Shown here: piece by piece, positions 1 to 13,984 of the stretch | Numbering within the stretch: the stretch's first letter is position 1 | Layout: every line of letters starts with the position of its first letter | Source of the DNA: the human T2T-CHM13v2.0 reference genome, Homo sapiens | Length of the DNA: 64,000 nucleotides | NCBI RefSeq assembly: GCF_009914755.1 | Contig: NC_060936.1 | Direction: 5' to 3' (one strand) | Program-made: the position numbers and the translations under genes | Notes under the pieces: generated by a model | Databases searched by the model: none | What the model was told of the DNA's origin: nothing | What the model saw: the letters and a program-made list of their open reading frames with translations, nothing else

Positions 1-552
1 AGTGGGGATAATAATAATACTTGCCATGAAGGTTATAACATGAAGAGTAAATGCGTTCATTCATGAAAACCGCTTCCTACGATGCCTGGCAGTCAGTGTG
101 CAAAGTTACTTTCCCAAGGTCATCCATGTAGTTAATGTCAGAAAACAGAATTTTTCACTCCTAATCCTGTTTTCCAGGCAAGTATGTTTTTTTTAACAGC
201 AGATTATTATGAACATTCTCAACATAATTGATACTTGAGTCTCATTGTGTGTGTTTGCTTCTAGTAACTATATCGATTCACGTTTGTTTTCTATTCTTTT
301 TCCCTTCTGATATTATGATATTAATTCTTCATGTAGACAGCCTTTTCATAAATTTCTGAGCAATAATATTAGTCCTAGGTTAAAGCCAGACAGCTGAATT
401 TATGGTATGTATCCCTTAAAAATTATTGTTATCTCAAACAACTTTACAGGAAAAAAAGCATCAATTGATGTTAAACCTCAAATATGCGTTTGTTTTTAGC
501 TGAAAATTCCAAGCAGAATTACCCAAGTATTGAAAATCTTCAGAAAGAGCTG

Positions 553-685
553 TAAGTTGATGGATATCTCAATTACCCTGATTTGATCTTTACTCATTAT
601 ATAAATGTATCAAATTATCATGTTTCCCCCCACATATGTATACATATTATGTGTGAATAAAAAAATTAAAAAAGAAAAAAGAAAT
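553..685 (+). mobile_element. Old L1 3' end fragment with A-rich tail
   Basis: gatggatatctcaattaccctgatttgatc...tatcaaattatcatg...aataaaaaaattaaaaaag resembles the L1PB/L1MA 3' terminus. Confidence 0.6.
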
Positions 686-2413
686 AGCATTAGTTAGTAT
701 TAGACAGTGTCAATAAGGCAAGAAATTTAAAAATGATCTAATTACAAGACTTAACATCTAGAAACCTTTTGTTTTTTGAAATTAAACCAAGATATAAAGA
801 CACAGAATCAAGTTATCCAGAATGTGCAGAGTCAGAAATGGAGGACATCTTGTCTCTAGTTCATTTTATATTTTTAGGCAGTGGTTAATCAGTGAAATTT
901 TGTCATGGGTTGGGGAGATCTCACCATTTCTCTTATCATTTTCTTCTAGCCATGCTTCACTCTGGGGTTTAGGGGAGATTCATAGTGGAGGGAATAAGGA
1001 CTAGGACCTAACTGTATTCTGAGAAAAAGTATGTAATTTGAAGAGGTCATCAGGAAATCATTTCCCAAGCAGGGCACTTGTCTTTGAAATCCTTTCTCAC
1101 TCCAGATCTAACAAAGCCCTAGTTCATTGTACCTCAAAGGATGATCTTAAGCAGCTGGTTTGGGCTGGCCAGCTTTGATGGCTGGAGCATTTGAACTGCA
1201 GAGGTTGGGGGTGTCGGGGGTAGGGGGTGGTTAAAATGGTTTATTTCCGTTTAATTGTTTGTATTATCTGTCCAGGATTCCTCTTAAGGAAGAATGGGCT
1301 TCATCCTGTGGGAAATGAACATCTCTCTGTGAATATTATGGGGGCTTAGACAAAATAAAATCACTTTTAAGAGCCCAATTTGATGTTCTGGTAAATTAGT
1401 TCATTTAATCACTTGGTGCTTCTGTGATGGATTTAGTGTGGGCAAGGGGTATCCGCACTTTCACATCCCTGTCCCTTTAAATTCCTACAATCTGGAAGGC
1501 CCCTTCACACTTTCAGTTTGCTGAATCCTGCTCTTTCTTCAAAGATTCCCCAATAACCTTCCCAAATCATTTACCTTCAAAATTAAAAGGACAAGATTTT
1601 ACATTCCTCTGGTGTCCTGGGAGAGGGGCAGAGGAATTAGTATTCTCTGGACTTGGCTTCATCTTGGAGAAGAGAGTTGAAAGTAAATCATGGGATGGAA
1701 TTTGATAATTTTAGCTTTGTCTTCAAGAAGAAGGATTAATTTTCTTCCCTAATATATTCCTTCTTGTCTGGGCTGAAGCATTGCTGAATTTGATCTCACT
1801 AGATTCCTCTATTAGAATATAAGTTCCATGTGGATGAGGATTTGTCTAGTTACAACTATATCCTGAGTGCCTAAGACAGTATCCAGCATATGGTGGGTTC
1901 TCATTCATTTAAATAAATAAATGAATGACCCAATGTGTCAGTCAAGGTAACCTGGGTTGTGCTGCAGTAAACACAACCTCTAAATCTGAGTGGTCTATCT
2001 CTTATGCACTGAGGTCAGTTGGGAGCTCTCCTCCATACTTCCTCCCATTGGAACCCAGGCCGACAAAGAAGCTGCCATCTTGAATTTTGCTTATCACTGG
2101 ATAGAGGAAAAGAGAGCTGTAGGTTTTGAACCAGCAATAGAATGTTCTGGCCTGGAAGTCATATGTGATCCTTTAACTTACAATTCACTGGACAGAGCTA
2201 GTCACATGTTCCCTGCCAAACCATGTGGAAGTATGTTTGCAATCTGACTACATTCCAAAACTATTAATAGCAATAATGACTACTACATTTAAGGAAGGCT
2301 TTAACTTAATTTTTTATGGGAACTTGACCATTATTAGAATTTTGGTGAGGCCATGAGGCAGCTCCATTTCCCAGAATGACTTTTAGAATCATAAGCTAAT
2401 CACTTTGAATCAC

Positions 2414-2780
2414 GTGTCTTAGTTTTGGGCTGCTATTAACAAATTACAAAATAGACTGGTGGCTTAAACAATAGAAATTTATGTCTCACAGTTCTGGATG
2501 CTGGAAAGTTCAAGATTGTGGTGCCAGCATTGGTAGGTTCTGATGAGATTCCTCTTCCTGGTTTGCTGGTGGCTGTCTTCTTGCTCTGTCTTCACATGGC
2601 CAGAAAGCAGAGAGAGGAAGCAAGCTGTCTTGTGTCTTTTCTTAGAAGCGCAATAATCACATCGGGAGGGCACCATCCTCATGACCTTCTCCTAAAGACC
2701 CTACCTCCTAATACCATTCCACTGGGGGTTAGGGTTTCAACATGAATTTCGGGAGGAACACAAACATGAAGTCCGTAATA
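2414..2780. mobile_element. MLT1A-like MaLR solo LTR
   Basis: Begins tgtcttagttttgggctgctattaacaaa...ggcttaaacaatagaaattt...cacagttctgga; ends with ttagggtttcaacatgaattt, typical of MLT1A/B. Confidence 0.75.
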
Positions 2781-2958
2781 CCATGCGTTCTTACAAAAGC
2801 AGTATCACCCCAAGAGGGTGAAAATTGGTTCTTGGAGGATGAGAAAATTCAGATCTTATGATGGTTTGTGGACCTCCAAAGGGCCACACTACATAAACAG
2901 ACATATAATATATATGTGGTATTTACATATCATGGTGGGGACAATTAGGAAAAAATGT

Positions 2959-3053
2959 GCGGAGGTTGCAGTGAGCCAAGATCGCACCACTGCACTCCAG
3001 CCTGGGCGACAGAGCGAGATTCCATCTTGGTAAATAAATAAATAAATAAATAA
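2959..3053 (+). mobile_element. 5'-truncated Alu (end of right arm) with (TAAA)n tail
   Basis: gcggaggttgcagtgagccaagatcgcaccactgcactccagcctgggcgacagagcgaga followed by (taaa)n. Confidence 0.9.
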
Positions 3054-3634
3054 GTCTTTTTAGGGAACAATAATGAAAAAAGAATGAGGAAAACTGCTTT
3101 AAACCAATGAGAAGTTAGCTTATATCTAAACTTCTTGTTGCTGGTGGTGTTTGACAGGAGTGGTGACTCCCTGGGGCTTGTGAATTATTTCCGCTGGTGT
3201 GAAGAGGTGATGCCTCCACTTCAGGCCACTTTCATGAAGTGATTGCTGCCTTCTCTGCATCTGCTATTCTCTAAAACATCCTGATACCAGCAGGTTGAGG
3301 AGGCCTATAAGCAGAATATTACTGATATCACTAGCGGTAATACTTTCAAGGCAAGGAAAAAGTTCTCTCCCACAGCCTACCATTTAGGATAACGAGTCCC
3401 AACAGATGGGTTCTATGCTAAATAATGGACTGACTAGTATTTTTGTTCTGATATTTTGATCATTTGAGTTTGGAAATTTCACTCTCAGACTCAGGTTGGC
3501 TTATTAAATATTTGTTGACTTCCAGAGAAATCCCTTATTTTTAAGAAAAGATAAAATAAGCAAAAGATCGTTTTCTTATGTTTTTAGTAAACTTGAGTTA
3601 GAATTGTTGCTCCCTGTATCTGAATTGCAGATTG

Positions 3635-3765
3635 AGCACTTATTAACTAAGAGACTTTCTTTGAGTTATTTAATTCCTTTGTGCCTTGGTTTCCTCATAC
3701 GCTAAACAGGGATAATAATAATTCCTACTTCATAAGGTTGTTGTAAGGATTAAATAAGGTATATA
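3635..3765 (+). mobile_element. MIR fragment
   Basis: MIR core tttgtgccttggtttcctcat...gggataataata...gttgttgtaaggattaaat. Confidence 0.75.
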
Positions 3766-4787
3766 AGCATTTTTAAGCTTTTATAAATTGGCAAATAAGA
3801 ATTGTAAGTATTCATCGTGAATAACATGATGTCTTGAAATATGTATGGATTGTGGTTTGGCTCAAGTGACCCTAATTAACATACATTTTACCTCACTTTT
3901 TGTGGTAAAAACACTTAAAATCTGCCCTCTGAGCAGTTTTCAAAATACAATACATTGTTATGAGCTTTAGTCACCATGTTGTACAGTAAATCTCTTGAAC
4001 TTATTCCTTCTATATAACTGAAATTTTGCATCCTTTGACCAATATGTCCCCAATGCCCCCACCCCAGTGCCTCTGGTAACAACCATTCTATTCTCTACTT
4101 TCCTGAGTTCAACTTTTTTGAATTCTACATTTAAGTGAGATCATGTGGTATTTTTCTTTCTGTGCCTGGTTAACTTCACTTAACATAATGTCCTCCAGGT
4201 TCATCCATGTTGTCATAAAAAGATTTACTTCTTTTTTAAGGTTGAATAGAATTCCATTATATATATATACCATATATTTTTAATCCATTCATCCATTGAT
4301 GAACTCTTAGGTTGATTCTATGTCTTGGCTATTGTGAATAATGCTGCAGTGACCATGGGAATGCTTTTACATACTATTTCATTTCCTTTAGATATATACC
4401 CAGAAGTGAAATTGCTGGATCATATAGTAGTTCTATTTTTAATTTTTTGAGAAACCTCCATACTATTATCCATAATGGCTGTACTAATTGACATTTCTAC
4501 CAAGAGTATCTAAGGGTTCCCTTTTCTCTACATCCTGGTCAACATTTGTTTTCATTTGTCTTTTTTATAGTAGTCATTCTAACAGGTGTGAAACATCTCA
4601 TTGTGGTTTTAATTTGCAATTAACTGATAATTAGTGAGGTTGAACATTCTTATGTATGCCTGTTTGCCATTTGTACATACTCTTTTGAGAAAGAATGCCC
4701 TTTGCTCAATTTTGAATCAGGTTATTTATTTTCTTGCTATTGAATTGTTTGAGTTCCTTATATATTTGGGTTATTAATCCCTTATAG

Positions 4788-5097
4788 CAGCAGTCCCCAT
4801 ATTTTTGGCCTACTCATTTCGTGGAAGACAGTTTTTCCATGAACTGGGGTACAGGGGCATGGTTTTGGGATGAAACTGTTTTACCTCAGATCATCAGACA
4901 TTAGATTCTCATAAGGAATGCACAACCTAGATCCCTTGCTTGTGCAGTTCACAATAGGATTTGCACTCTTATGAGAATCTAATGCCACTGCTGATCTGAC
5001 AGGAGGTAGGGCTCACCCACTGTTCACCTCCTGCTGTGCAGCCTGGTTCCTTACAGGACACAGACCCATACCAGTCTCCAGGGCTTGGGGACCCCTG
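4788..5097. mobile_element. MER1B-like hAT-Charlie DNA transposon inserted in L1
   Basis: Termini cagcagtcccc...ggggacccctg; 8-bp TSD ccttatag (4780-4787) / ccttataa (5098-5105). Confidence 0.85.
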
Positions 5098-7350
5098 CCT
5101 TATAAGATGTATGACTTGCAAATATTTTATCCCATTCCATAAATTGTCTTTGCATTCTGTTGATTGCTTATTTTAGTATGCAGAAATTTTTAGTTTGATA
5201 CATTCTTATTAGTCTATTTTTGCTTTTGTTGCCTGTGCTTTTGGGGTTGTATCCAAAAAATCATTGTCCAAACTAATGTCATAAAGCTTTCCCACTATGT
5301 TTTCTTCTGGTAGTTTAATAGTTTCTGGTCTATGTTTTAATCTTTAAAACATTTTGGGTTGATTTGTGTATATGATATGAAATAAGGGCCTAATTTTATT
5401 CTTCTGTATGTGAATATCCTTTATTCCCAACATTATTTATTGAAGAAGCTGTCTTTTTCCCTTTGTGTTTTCTTGGCACTTTTGTCAAAAACCAATTGAC
5501 TATAAATGCATGAGTTTATTTCTGGCCTTTATTCTGCTCCATTGGTCCATGTATCTGCTTTTATACCAGTACCATGCTCTTTTGCTTGCTATAGCTTTGT
5601 AGTATATTTTGAAGTCAGGTACTGTGATGCCTCCAGCTTTATTCTTGTTTATCAAGGTTGCCGTGTTTATTTGGGATCTTTTGTGGTTCCAGACAAATTT
5701 TAGAAATGTTTTTCTATTTCTATGAAAACATCATTGGAATTTTGGTTGCATTGAATGTATTCAACTTTTCACCATTGAATATGATGTTAGCTACAAGTTT
5801 GTTGTATTGCCTTTATTGTACTTCTATACCTAATTTGGTAAGAATTTTTATCATGAAAGATGTTGAATTTTGTCGAATGCTTTTCCTGTATCTATTGAGA
5901 TTATCATATGTTTTTGTCCTTTATTCTATTAATGTGGTGTATATCACATTTATAGGTCTGTGTATGTTGAATCATCCTTGCACCCCTCGGAAAAATTCAA
6001 CTTGATTATGGTGAATGGTCCTTTTAATATGCTGTGGATTTCAGTTTACTATTATCTATATTCATCAGGGACATAGGCCTGTATTTTTTTTTTTCTTGTA
6101 GTGTCCTCATCTGGTTTTAGTATCAGGGTAATGTTGGCCTTGTAAAATGAGGTTGGACATATTCCCTCTTCAAATTTTTGGAAGAATTTTGAGGTGGATT
6201 GGTATTCATTCTTCTCTAAAAGTTTTGTGGAATGCAACAGTGAAGCCATCAAGTACTAGGCTTTTCTTTGATGGAAAACTTATTACTGATTCAGTCTTCT
6301 TACTCATTATTGATCTGTTCAGATTTTCTTCTATTTCTTCATTATTAATTTTTGGTAGGTTGTGTATATCCAGGAATTTATTCATTTTTCTCTAGGTTAT
6401 TCAATTTGTCAATGTATAATTATTCATGATAGTCTCATGATCCTTTGCATTTCTGTGATATCCATTGTAATGTCTCCTTTTTGATTTCTGATTTTATTTG
6501 AGTTCTCTCATTTTTGTTAATCTAGCTAAAGTTTTACCAATTTTGTTTATCTTTCAGAAAACCAACTCTTAGTCTTGTTGATCTTTTCTATTGCTTTTCT
6601 AGTCTCTATTATTTATTTCTACTCTGATCTTATTATTTCCTTCTTTCTACTTACTTTAGGCTTAGTTTGTTCTTCTTTTTCTAGTTTCTTGAGGTATACC
6701 ATTAGGTTTTTTGGGGGGACTTTCTTTTGTGTTGATGTGGGGATTTATTGCTATAAACTTTGCTCTTAGAACTGCTTATGTTGCATCCCGTAAGTTTTGG
6801 TATGTTGTGTTTCCATTTTCATTTGTCTCAGGATATTTTTCAAATTTCCCTTTTAATTTATTCTTCAACTCATGGGTTGTTCAGGAGCATGCTGTTTAAT
6901 ATCCATATATTTGTAGATTTTCTGAAGTTCCTCCTGTTCTTGATTTCTAGTTTCATACCATTATGGTCGTAAAAGGTACTCAATATAATTTCAATCATCT
7001 TAAATTTGTTAAGACTTGTTTTGTGGACTAATATATGATCTATCCTGGAGAATGTTTCATGTGCATTTGAGAAGAGTGTGTATTCTGTCTCTGTTAAATG
7101 GAATGTCATGTATCTGACTGTAAGGTTTATTTGGTCTGAAATATAGTTCAAGTCCAATATTTCATTATTAATATTTTGTCCGGATGATCTGCCAATTGCT
7201 GAAAGTGAGGTATTGAAGTCTTCTACTATTATTGTATTACAATCTGCTCTCCTTTCATGTCTATTAATATTTGCTTTATATGTTTAGGTGCTCCTATGTT
7301 GGGTACATATGTATTTACAATTATTATATCCTCTTGATAAATTAGCCCCT

Positions 7351-7731
7351 TGATATAGTCCAAAACTGATCTCCAATGTTAGCGACGGGGCCTAGTGAGA
7401 TGTTTGGGACATGGAGGTGGATACCTTATGAATGGTTTGGTGCTGTCCTTGTAGTAATAAGTGAGTTCTTGCTCTATTAGTTCATATAGGAGCTTGTTGT
7501 TAAAAAGAGCATGGCACCTCCCCCTTCTCTCTTGCTCCCTCCCTTGCTATGTGACACACTTGCTCCCTTCTGCCTTCTGCCATGATTAAAATTTCTTGAG
7601 GCCCTCAACAGAAGCCTTCTTTGCTGGTGCCATGCTTCTTGGGCAGCCTGTAGAGCCAAATAAACCTCTTTTCTTTATAATTTACCCAATCTCAGTTATT
7701 CTTTTTTAGCAATGCAAAACAGACTAATACA
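7351..7731 (+). mobile_element. MST-type MaLR solo LTR inserted in L1
   Basis: Termini tgatatag...agactaataca; 5-bp TSD cccct (7346-7350 / 7732-7736). Confidence 0.88.
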
Positions 7732-8546
7732 CCCCTTTATCACTATATAATGACCTTCTTTGTTTCTTATTGTAGTTTAAATTTCTCATATAATGATTAT
7801 TATCTAAGTGTTTTTAATAGTACCTGGAGTATAGTAAGTCCCACACAAATATTAGTTACTGATAGCTATTGTTGCATTATCCATATTTTAATCATTATTC
7901 TTCATACATGGTCCTTAGTCTTTTTTCTTGTTATAAAATGAAGGATACAAGATTGTTTTTCTTATGCCATCTTTGGACATTCATCCACCTAGGCTTTGAC
8001 CATATTAGTATTCATGGCAGACACCGTAGGGTTCCTGGACACATCCTCAGTCACAATTTGCTTTTCCCTGGAAGCTTTCAGAGGTTGGATTAGGAATGCA
8101 CGTGTGACTCAATAATCTCTAACTCGAAGTTGCTGGATGGGACTTCAGGGAAAATTTTATTCAAAAAACTCGACTCAGAAAGTATGATTCTTTGACACTT
8201 AGTTCTTTCTGCCTTTTTCTTCTTACCACCTGGAATGCAAATGGATTGAATTGCTATTGGTGTGACAGCCATCTTGTGACTGTGATGAAACAACAGTGAT
8301 ACCATCACTTTAAATACAATGAAGCAGATGATAGAAAGAGGTTAAATCCCTGGCAGAATTTTTAGACAATCACATCACTCTCGACAAATTTCCTCTTGGC
8401 TTTTTGATATGTGAAAGAAGAAAATGTTTATGTATTGAAGCCATAGTTTTCCGTTGCTTTCAGCAGAAAGCATTATTAGTTAATGTACTGTTTTTACCTA
8501 TATGGAAATGTGTAAAATGTGAATGCTTTAAAAAATAAATGTAAAA

Positions 8547-8599
8547 TGCACACACGCACGCGCGCGCGCGCGCGCGCGCACACACACACACACACACAC
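8547..8599. repeat. Alternating purine-pyrimidine tract with (CG)10 core and (CA)n flanks
   Basis: Read directly: tgcacacacgca(cg)10(ca)n. Confidence 0.97.
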
Positions 8600-10819
8600 T
8601 ACTGGTAAGAGGTATATTTCCAGGACATACTAGGAGTGAAAAAAAAGTTTTTAAGTTTCTTTCTTCCTGAATTATAAACATAAGGGTTATTTCACATGAT
8701 AATGGGCAAATAACCATTTGTTCTTGAAATATCAAGAAAAGGGCTTCCTGCTTGATCATCTCTGCTTAATTAAAGTTTTTTGGTGAAATTAAGTACTACT
8801 TAAACTTCACAGTAATTATATTTTTACATTGTTATTTAAAAGAACAGATGTTCATAGCTAGCATTTATTTACATTTATGTGCTTGACATCATGGTAAACA
8901 TGCACTCTCTCTCTGTCTATATATATACATGCATACCCTCAGTTAATCGATTAGTCTTATATCAGCCTTAAGAGACAGGTACTGGGTTTTTTTCAGTATA
9001 TATAAGAATATTCAAGGCTTAAAAAGATAATTTACCTAATGTTAAATGAAGATTATTGATTGAAAACAACAGAAATTAACTTGGCTGATTTAATCAAAAA
9101 AAGAAATGTATTTAGAGAATATTACTAATATGCAAAATTGTTGTGGGGGCAGGAGTACCAAGATCATGAGCTATTTAGCCAGAATCAAGGTCCATTAATG
9201 ACACTAACACCCAGGCCACTGATACCGGATTTAGGACATTTCCACTGGCACCACTGGACTGCAACCATAGGAACTTGATCTTGCTTGACCTATAGTAGAT
9301 TCTACAGGGTCCCTATTTCTTAGTGTCAGTAGCTCCTAATTTAGAAATTTACCTGGCTTCATTTATTTGGTAGATTCTAGACCTCATGCTTAAAGTTCAG
9401 CTGTAAAGGAGGTTGGAGAAATGATATTTGCTTTCCAAAGTGGGAGGTGAGCCATACCTCCTATGAAGACTCATACAAGGAAGGGTATTTTCCAAACATT
9501 GGAAGGAATTTCAAATATTAGCCAGCCAAAAAGAACGATTCTGCACAACTAAGTCAAAATTCAAACCCAGATTTCTCTAACAGCAAAATCCAAACTTTCA
9601 ACCACCATCCTGAAAGGCTCATAATTTGTAGTAAGAAATCCGGCTTCCAAATTTTTAAGACAATAGAGCTCCCAACTGATTCCAGGGGGATAAAAACACT
9701 ATTATATGTATTTCTAATTCATTCTCCGCCCTCCTTCTCTTTAGAGGTTTTGTCAAGGGTCTGGTGGCATTCCCACTAGGTGGATTGACCAAGAGGTGGC
9801 ATTATTTTCTTTGACAACTGTGCTGACAGTTTTATAAGTTGAAATAAAAAAGTTCTGTTATCTATTGAGCAGTGTACATTCCTATATGGACAGATGTGAT
9901 GGTGTGAAGTGAGCTTTGGAATTGGAATGATTACAAAAGGCCCTTTACCTCCCCTTCCTCACCTGACATGTTTCCATTAAAATGGTGCATCTCAGCTGAA
10001 CTGTTCAGCTGTTCTCTGCCCGTGCTCACTCCGACAGCCCCTCATCCCTTGGGTAGGAGTGGCAAATCAGGATGATGAGAACCTAGGCCATTTCTTCTTA
10101 CTAATGGGTGTAGTCTCCTCTATTTCTTACTCGCGTTGCCTCTAACCCTTGTTTCCTATCTCCATGTGGAAACACTGACACCTGGGAAATGTCACCATCC
10201 TCTTTTAGCTGCTCTCCTCTGGGGTCAGGTAGGAGGTGAGGTGGACTTGTGACTGGCTGGACATGTAAGCTTAGTGGCTAACTGGAGACCCATCCCTTGC
10301 TACAGGAGTCTCCAGGTCTGGATCTAGAGAGAGAAGAGTCTCATTTTGTGTTCCTCAATGTAGACAATTTCTACTTTATTGGGTCATGGATAAAGTCAAT
10401 ATTTTGGTTCTCATTTGGCTATTGCGCATGAATTAGTTTTAGGCTCTGAGGAAATTTCAGAGTCAGGACCCTTGGATTCAAATATATCTACTTAATACAT
10501 TTGGCAAAGCAGTTAACTCTCCTGAGTCTCAGTTTCCTCAGCTATAAAGCAGGAATAGTATCACCTGCTTTGCATATATATAACCACAGTAAGGGCTAAA
10601 AGAGATTTCATGTATTAAATGTGTTACATGACCAGGCCTAGGGTAGGTATTCAAACCACATGAGCTATAAAGGAATTTTAGAAATGACAGGGACTATTTA
10701 CCTTTTAAAAGAATAATAGCTAGTCGAAACTGGTAAAAGAGAAAATCAGTCTAAGTTCTAATATAGTAGCACTTAGAAAAAAATGTTTATTGAATTGCAT
10801 GTCATTTTCTCCTTTAAAA

Positions 10820-11040
10820 GTAACTATTATTTATTGAGGACTTACTCTAGACCAAACACTTTACCAATATTATCTCATGTAACCCTCACAAGAAACCTTT
10901 GAATTCAGTTCTATTATAAGCAGTCCCATTTTGCGGATGAGAAAACTGAAGCTTAGAGATGTTAAGTAGTGCAGTGGCAGGCCTGGTGGTGGAGGTTGGG
11001 CCTGTCTGGATCCAGGATCAGTACTCATAACTACATACTG
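10820..11040 (-). mobile_element. MIR
   Basis: tatttattgaggacttact...cccattttgcggatgagaaaactgaagcttagagatgttaagta. Confidence 0.8.
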
Positions 11041-11874
11041 TCCTGAGGGCACAAAGGAAAATTTGGCTCTTTCCCTCCCATCCCATAATTCACATCCCCA
11101 AACGGTGGAATGCGAATGAGGGAAAGTGAACTTTCCCTGTGAGCTGTAGATCAGAATTCAAGCCCAAGTTTGTTAGCTGTAACACCTGCAATCTGAGATT
11201 CTAAGCAATATCACCTTTTGTCCTGAGTTCTGTGTAACTTGTCTGCACAGATGGATGTGTTCCAAATTCTGGCACTGAGGTCCATAAGAGAACGGTGAGA
11301 TGTGGCACTAACTGCTCAGGCCATCTGGATAACCTGTCAGGACTCCTTGGTTTGTTTACTCATCTCAGTTGGCTACATAAGTGGTAAGGAAAGTGGTCAG
11401 GGGCCTGGTTTCATTTGGAGAGCTCTGGGCTGTTATCTTGCTAGGTTTTCCCCTTCTTCTGAGTGTGATACCTATTCAGGGACAAAGTTCTGTTGAATAA
11501 GCAAGCTGTGTTTGAAGGCAGCCATCCAGGTCGAGAACAGTCCATCTATTCAGAATCTGATCTCTTGACAATGGGGGCTCTCAGGGTTATTGTTATGATA
11601 ATATGTTCTAACTCTTTCTTCCCAGAGCCAGGTAGGTTCCCATGAAAAGAGTGGAGTTGGCGTTGGATATTGTTTCTAGTAGCAGTTTTCCTGGTATGGG
11701 CGACAGGGACTCAGCGGTAAGATCGACTCTTACTAAATGGGTCCTGGCAAGGGCTGAAGGTGGGGAGTGGGTGCAGTGAGGTAAGCACAGGCCTGCTGGG
11801 GACCCTGCACAACCATGATGACCACACACAGTGATCCTGGAAGGAAGGATCTACAGGGCTAGGAAGAAACTCTG

Positions 11875-11876
<2 letters not shown>

Positions 11877-11923
<47 letters not shown>

Positions 11924-11935
11924 CGTGCGTGCGTG
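11877..11935. repeat. (TG)n(CG)4(TGCG)n compound microsatellite
   Basis: Read directly. Confidence 0.95.
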
Positions 11936-13984
11936 ATGGAGGAGTCTCATCAGACCTAAAATGGAGCCTAGATCTTAGTTCATGTGATAAAAGAGTTAAG
12001 CTCCCTTTAGCCTTGTCTCCCTTTTTTTAGTCCTTAAGTTCTGACTTCAGGCTTTTCAGTGTCTTAAGGTCTGAGTTCATTACGTTGGTAATTGTAATTA
12101 CCAATGTAATGCCAATATCCTCAATTCACAGTCATTCATTCATTTATTAAAAATTATTGATCAAGTACTTCTCATTTGTTAGGCAGTCTGCTAGGTGTTT
12201 CAGGGCAAGACTACCATGCACAACCCACACAACTATCCATGGCTATCCTTCTTTAGAAAACAAAAGATAAAAACATGATGTAGTCTCTGCTGCAACAGAC
12301 TTAGTGTCCAAGGCCCAGAGAGGAATTGAATGGGCAGGTGGGAGAAATGAAAGATTCCTTTGAGCTGGAAGGTTGTGACATTTGAATTGCATGTCAGGAT
12401 GAAGATCGGATCAAGAAACATGAAAATGTGAATAAAGTTGAAAGAGAGAATATTGGGACAAGTTGTAAAGGGGCAGGAAATGCCTGGCCGTGTGTATAGA
12501 ATGATGAAGAGTATAGTTCGAGGCAAAGGGTGTGTGAAGAAAACTAGTAGGAAAGAAGGTTGGTGACAGGTTGAGACCTTGAATTCCAGGTTAAGGAGTC
12601 TGTGTTTGACTGTGAAATCATGTGGATAGGTAATGTGAACAGAGTAGGTTTCAAGTAAATTAATCTGGTTGGAACATCAGTAAGGAAAGAGACTGGGATC
12701 AGGGAGACAGGGTAAATATGTGTCATTTAACAGCTCTTTATGCTCTGACTCAAGCTGTCCATTTTGTATATTTTTATATAACACCAGTGCCTCTTAAAGC
12801 AAACTGTTCAGAGGTGAACCAGGATGATTATTAGGCAATTATGTATACAAATTAAAACAAGAACATGTTTGTGTGACTTGGCTCAGTCGCCTATGAGTGA
12901 ATTTACATATAACTGACATTTCATATGTCCCATCTTTTTTTTTTTAAAAAAAGAAAGAATTATATAAGAAATAACATTTCTGTGTTTGAAGAATTCTTAG
13001 CAACGCTGTTGTAGACAGCTTGATCAGAGATGGTAATGCTCTAGTACTACTCCTTAGCTTTTGTATCCACCTATCTGGGCCAAGTGTGTTATTGGCAGTA
13101 GTGGAAGTTCCTTCCAACGTTACTGCCATTTCCTTGCATGTGAAGTAAGCTTCACTAATGGGACATTCCTGGATCTTGTCTCATTTCTTGCCTCTTCTGA
13201 TGCAAGTAGAGTAAATAATCTAATTGTCGAGTTTGAGAAAAGAAGTGGGTATGCATAGCTCAGCCACTCGCTCTTAGGTATGAGCTGCCTGCAGGAACCA
13301 TGTGTCCTGCCATGTGTCTCCAAGCCATAAGGTTTTCTAGGGTAAGACTTCACATGTGGAGACCTATAGTACTCATGCTGCTTGTCATAGCATGGGAAAA
13401 TTGGCCTAATTCTAGGTTTCAGTATTAGGAAGCCTATTTGCTTAGTGTTTCAGGCAAAATTCTCAAATATAACCATAAAGGTGATGTTTTGATTTCTCTT
13501 CTGCCTTACTTGGTGGTCTTATTTCTTGATTGGCTCAGAACTTGGGTGGGGGAAGAAGTGTGCTCCTTTTCAGGCCTCTGAAACTTTAGCAACACAGTGT
13601 GGCTGGAGGAGGTATTTGTGTTTTCACAGAAAGTAAGATGGTATTCATGTTTTGTACAAAAGGGAATTTGTTTCTGGCTGCAACTCCAAGGAGAAAAGTA
13701 TTCTGCCAGATAAGGTCTAAAATGCACATTCCAGCCCAATATCCCCATGGAAAATGTCAGTTCCCAGTAGTGAACAGAATTATCAAAGAGAACTCAGATG
13801 TAGAGTGTACCTGGGAAGGACAGGGGTGCAGCCTCACACAGCCCCTCTCCTTAACAGAGAAAGCTGCAGGGAGCATTTTCAGAGGAAAGCAACATCTTCT
13901 GTAGGAATCAGTTAACAGCAAAAATGGTACTTCAAGCAATTCACAAGCAAAGATTAACTCATCTCAGTAAAGAGCGTTAAGAAC

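Larger units (their letters stand above)
3770..7770 (-). mobile_element. Old L1 (L1MA/L1PB-like) 3'UTR plus decayed ORF2, internally deleted near 5755 and interrupted by MER1-type and MST elements
   Basis: T-rich antisense L1 sequence. Minus-strand ORF fragments show the endonuclease motif (YTLFSNAHETFSRIDHIL, 6870-7157) and RT-proximal sequence (SFYKANITLILKPDEDTT, 6052-6252), with many stops. Confidence 0.93.
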
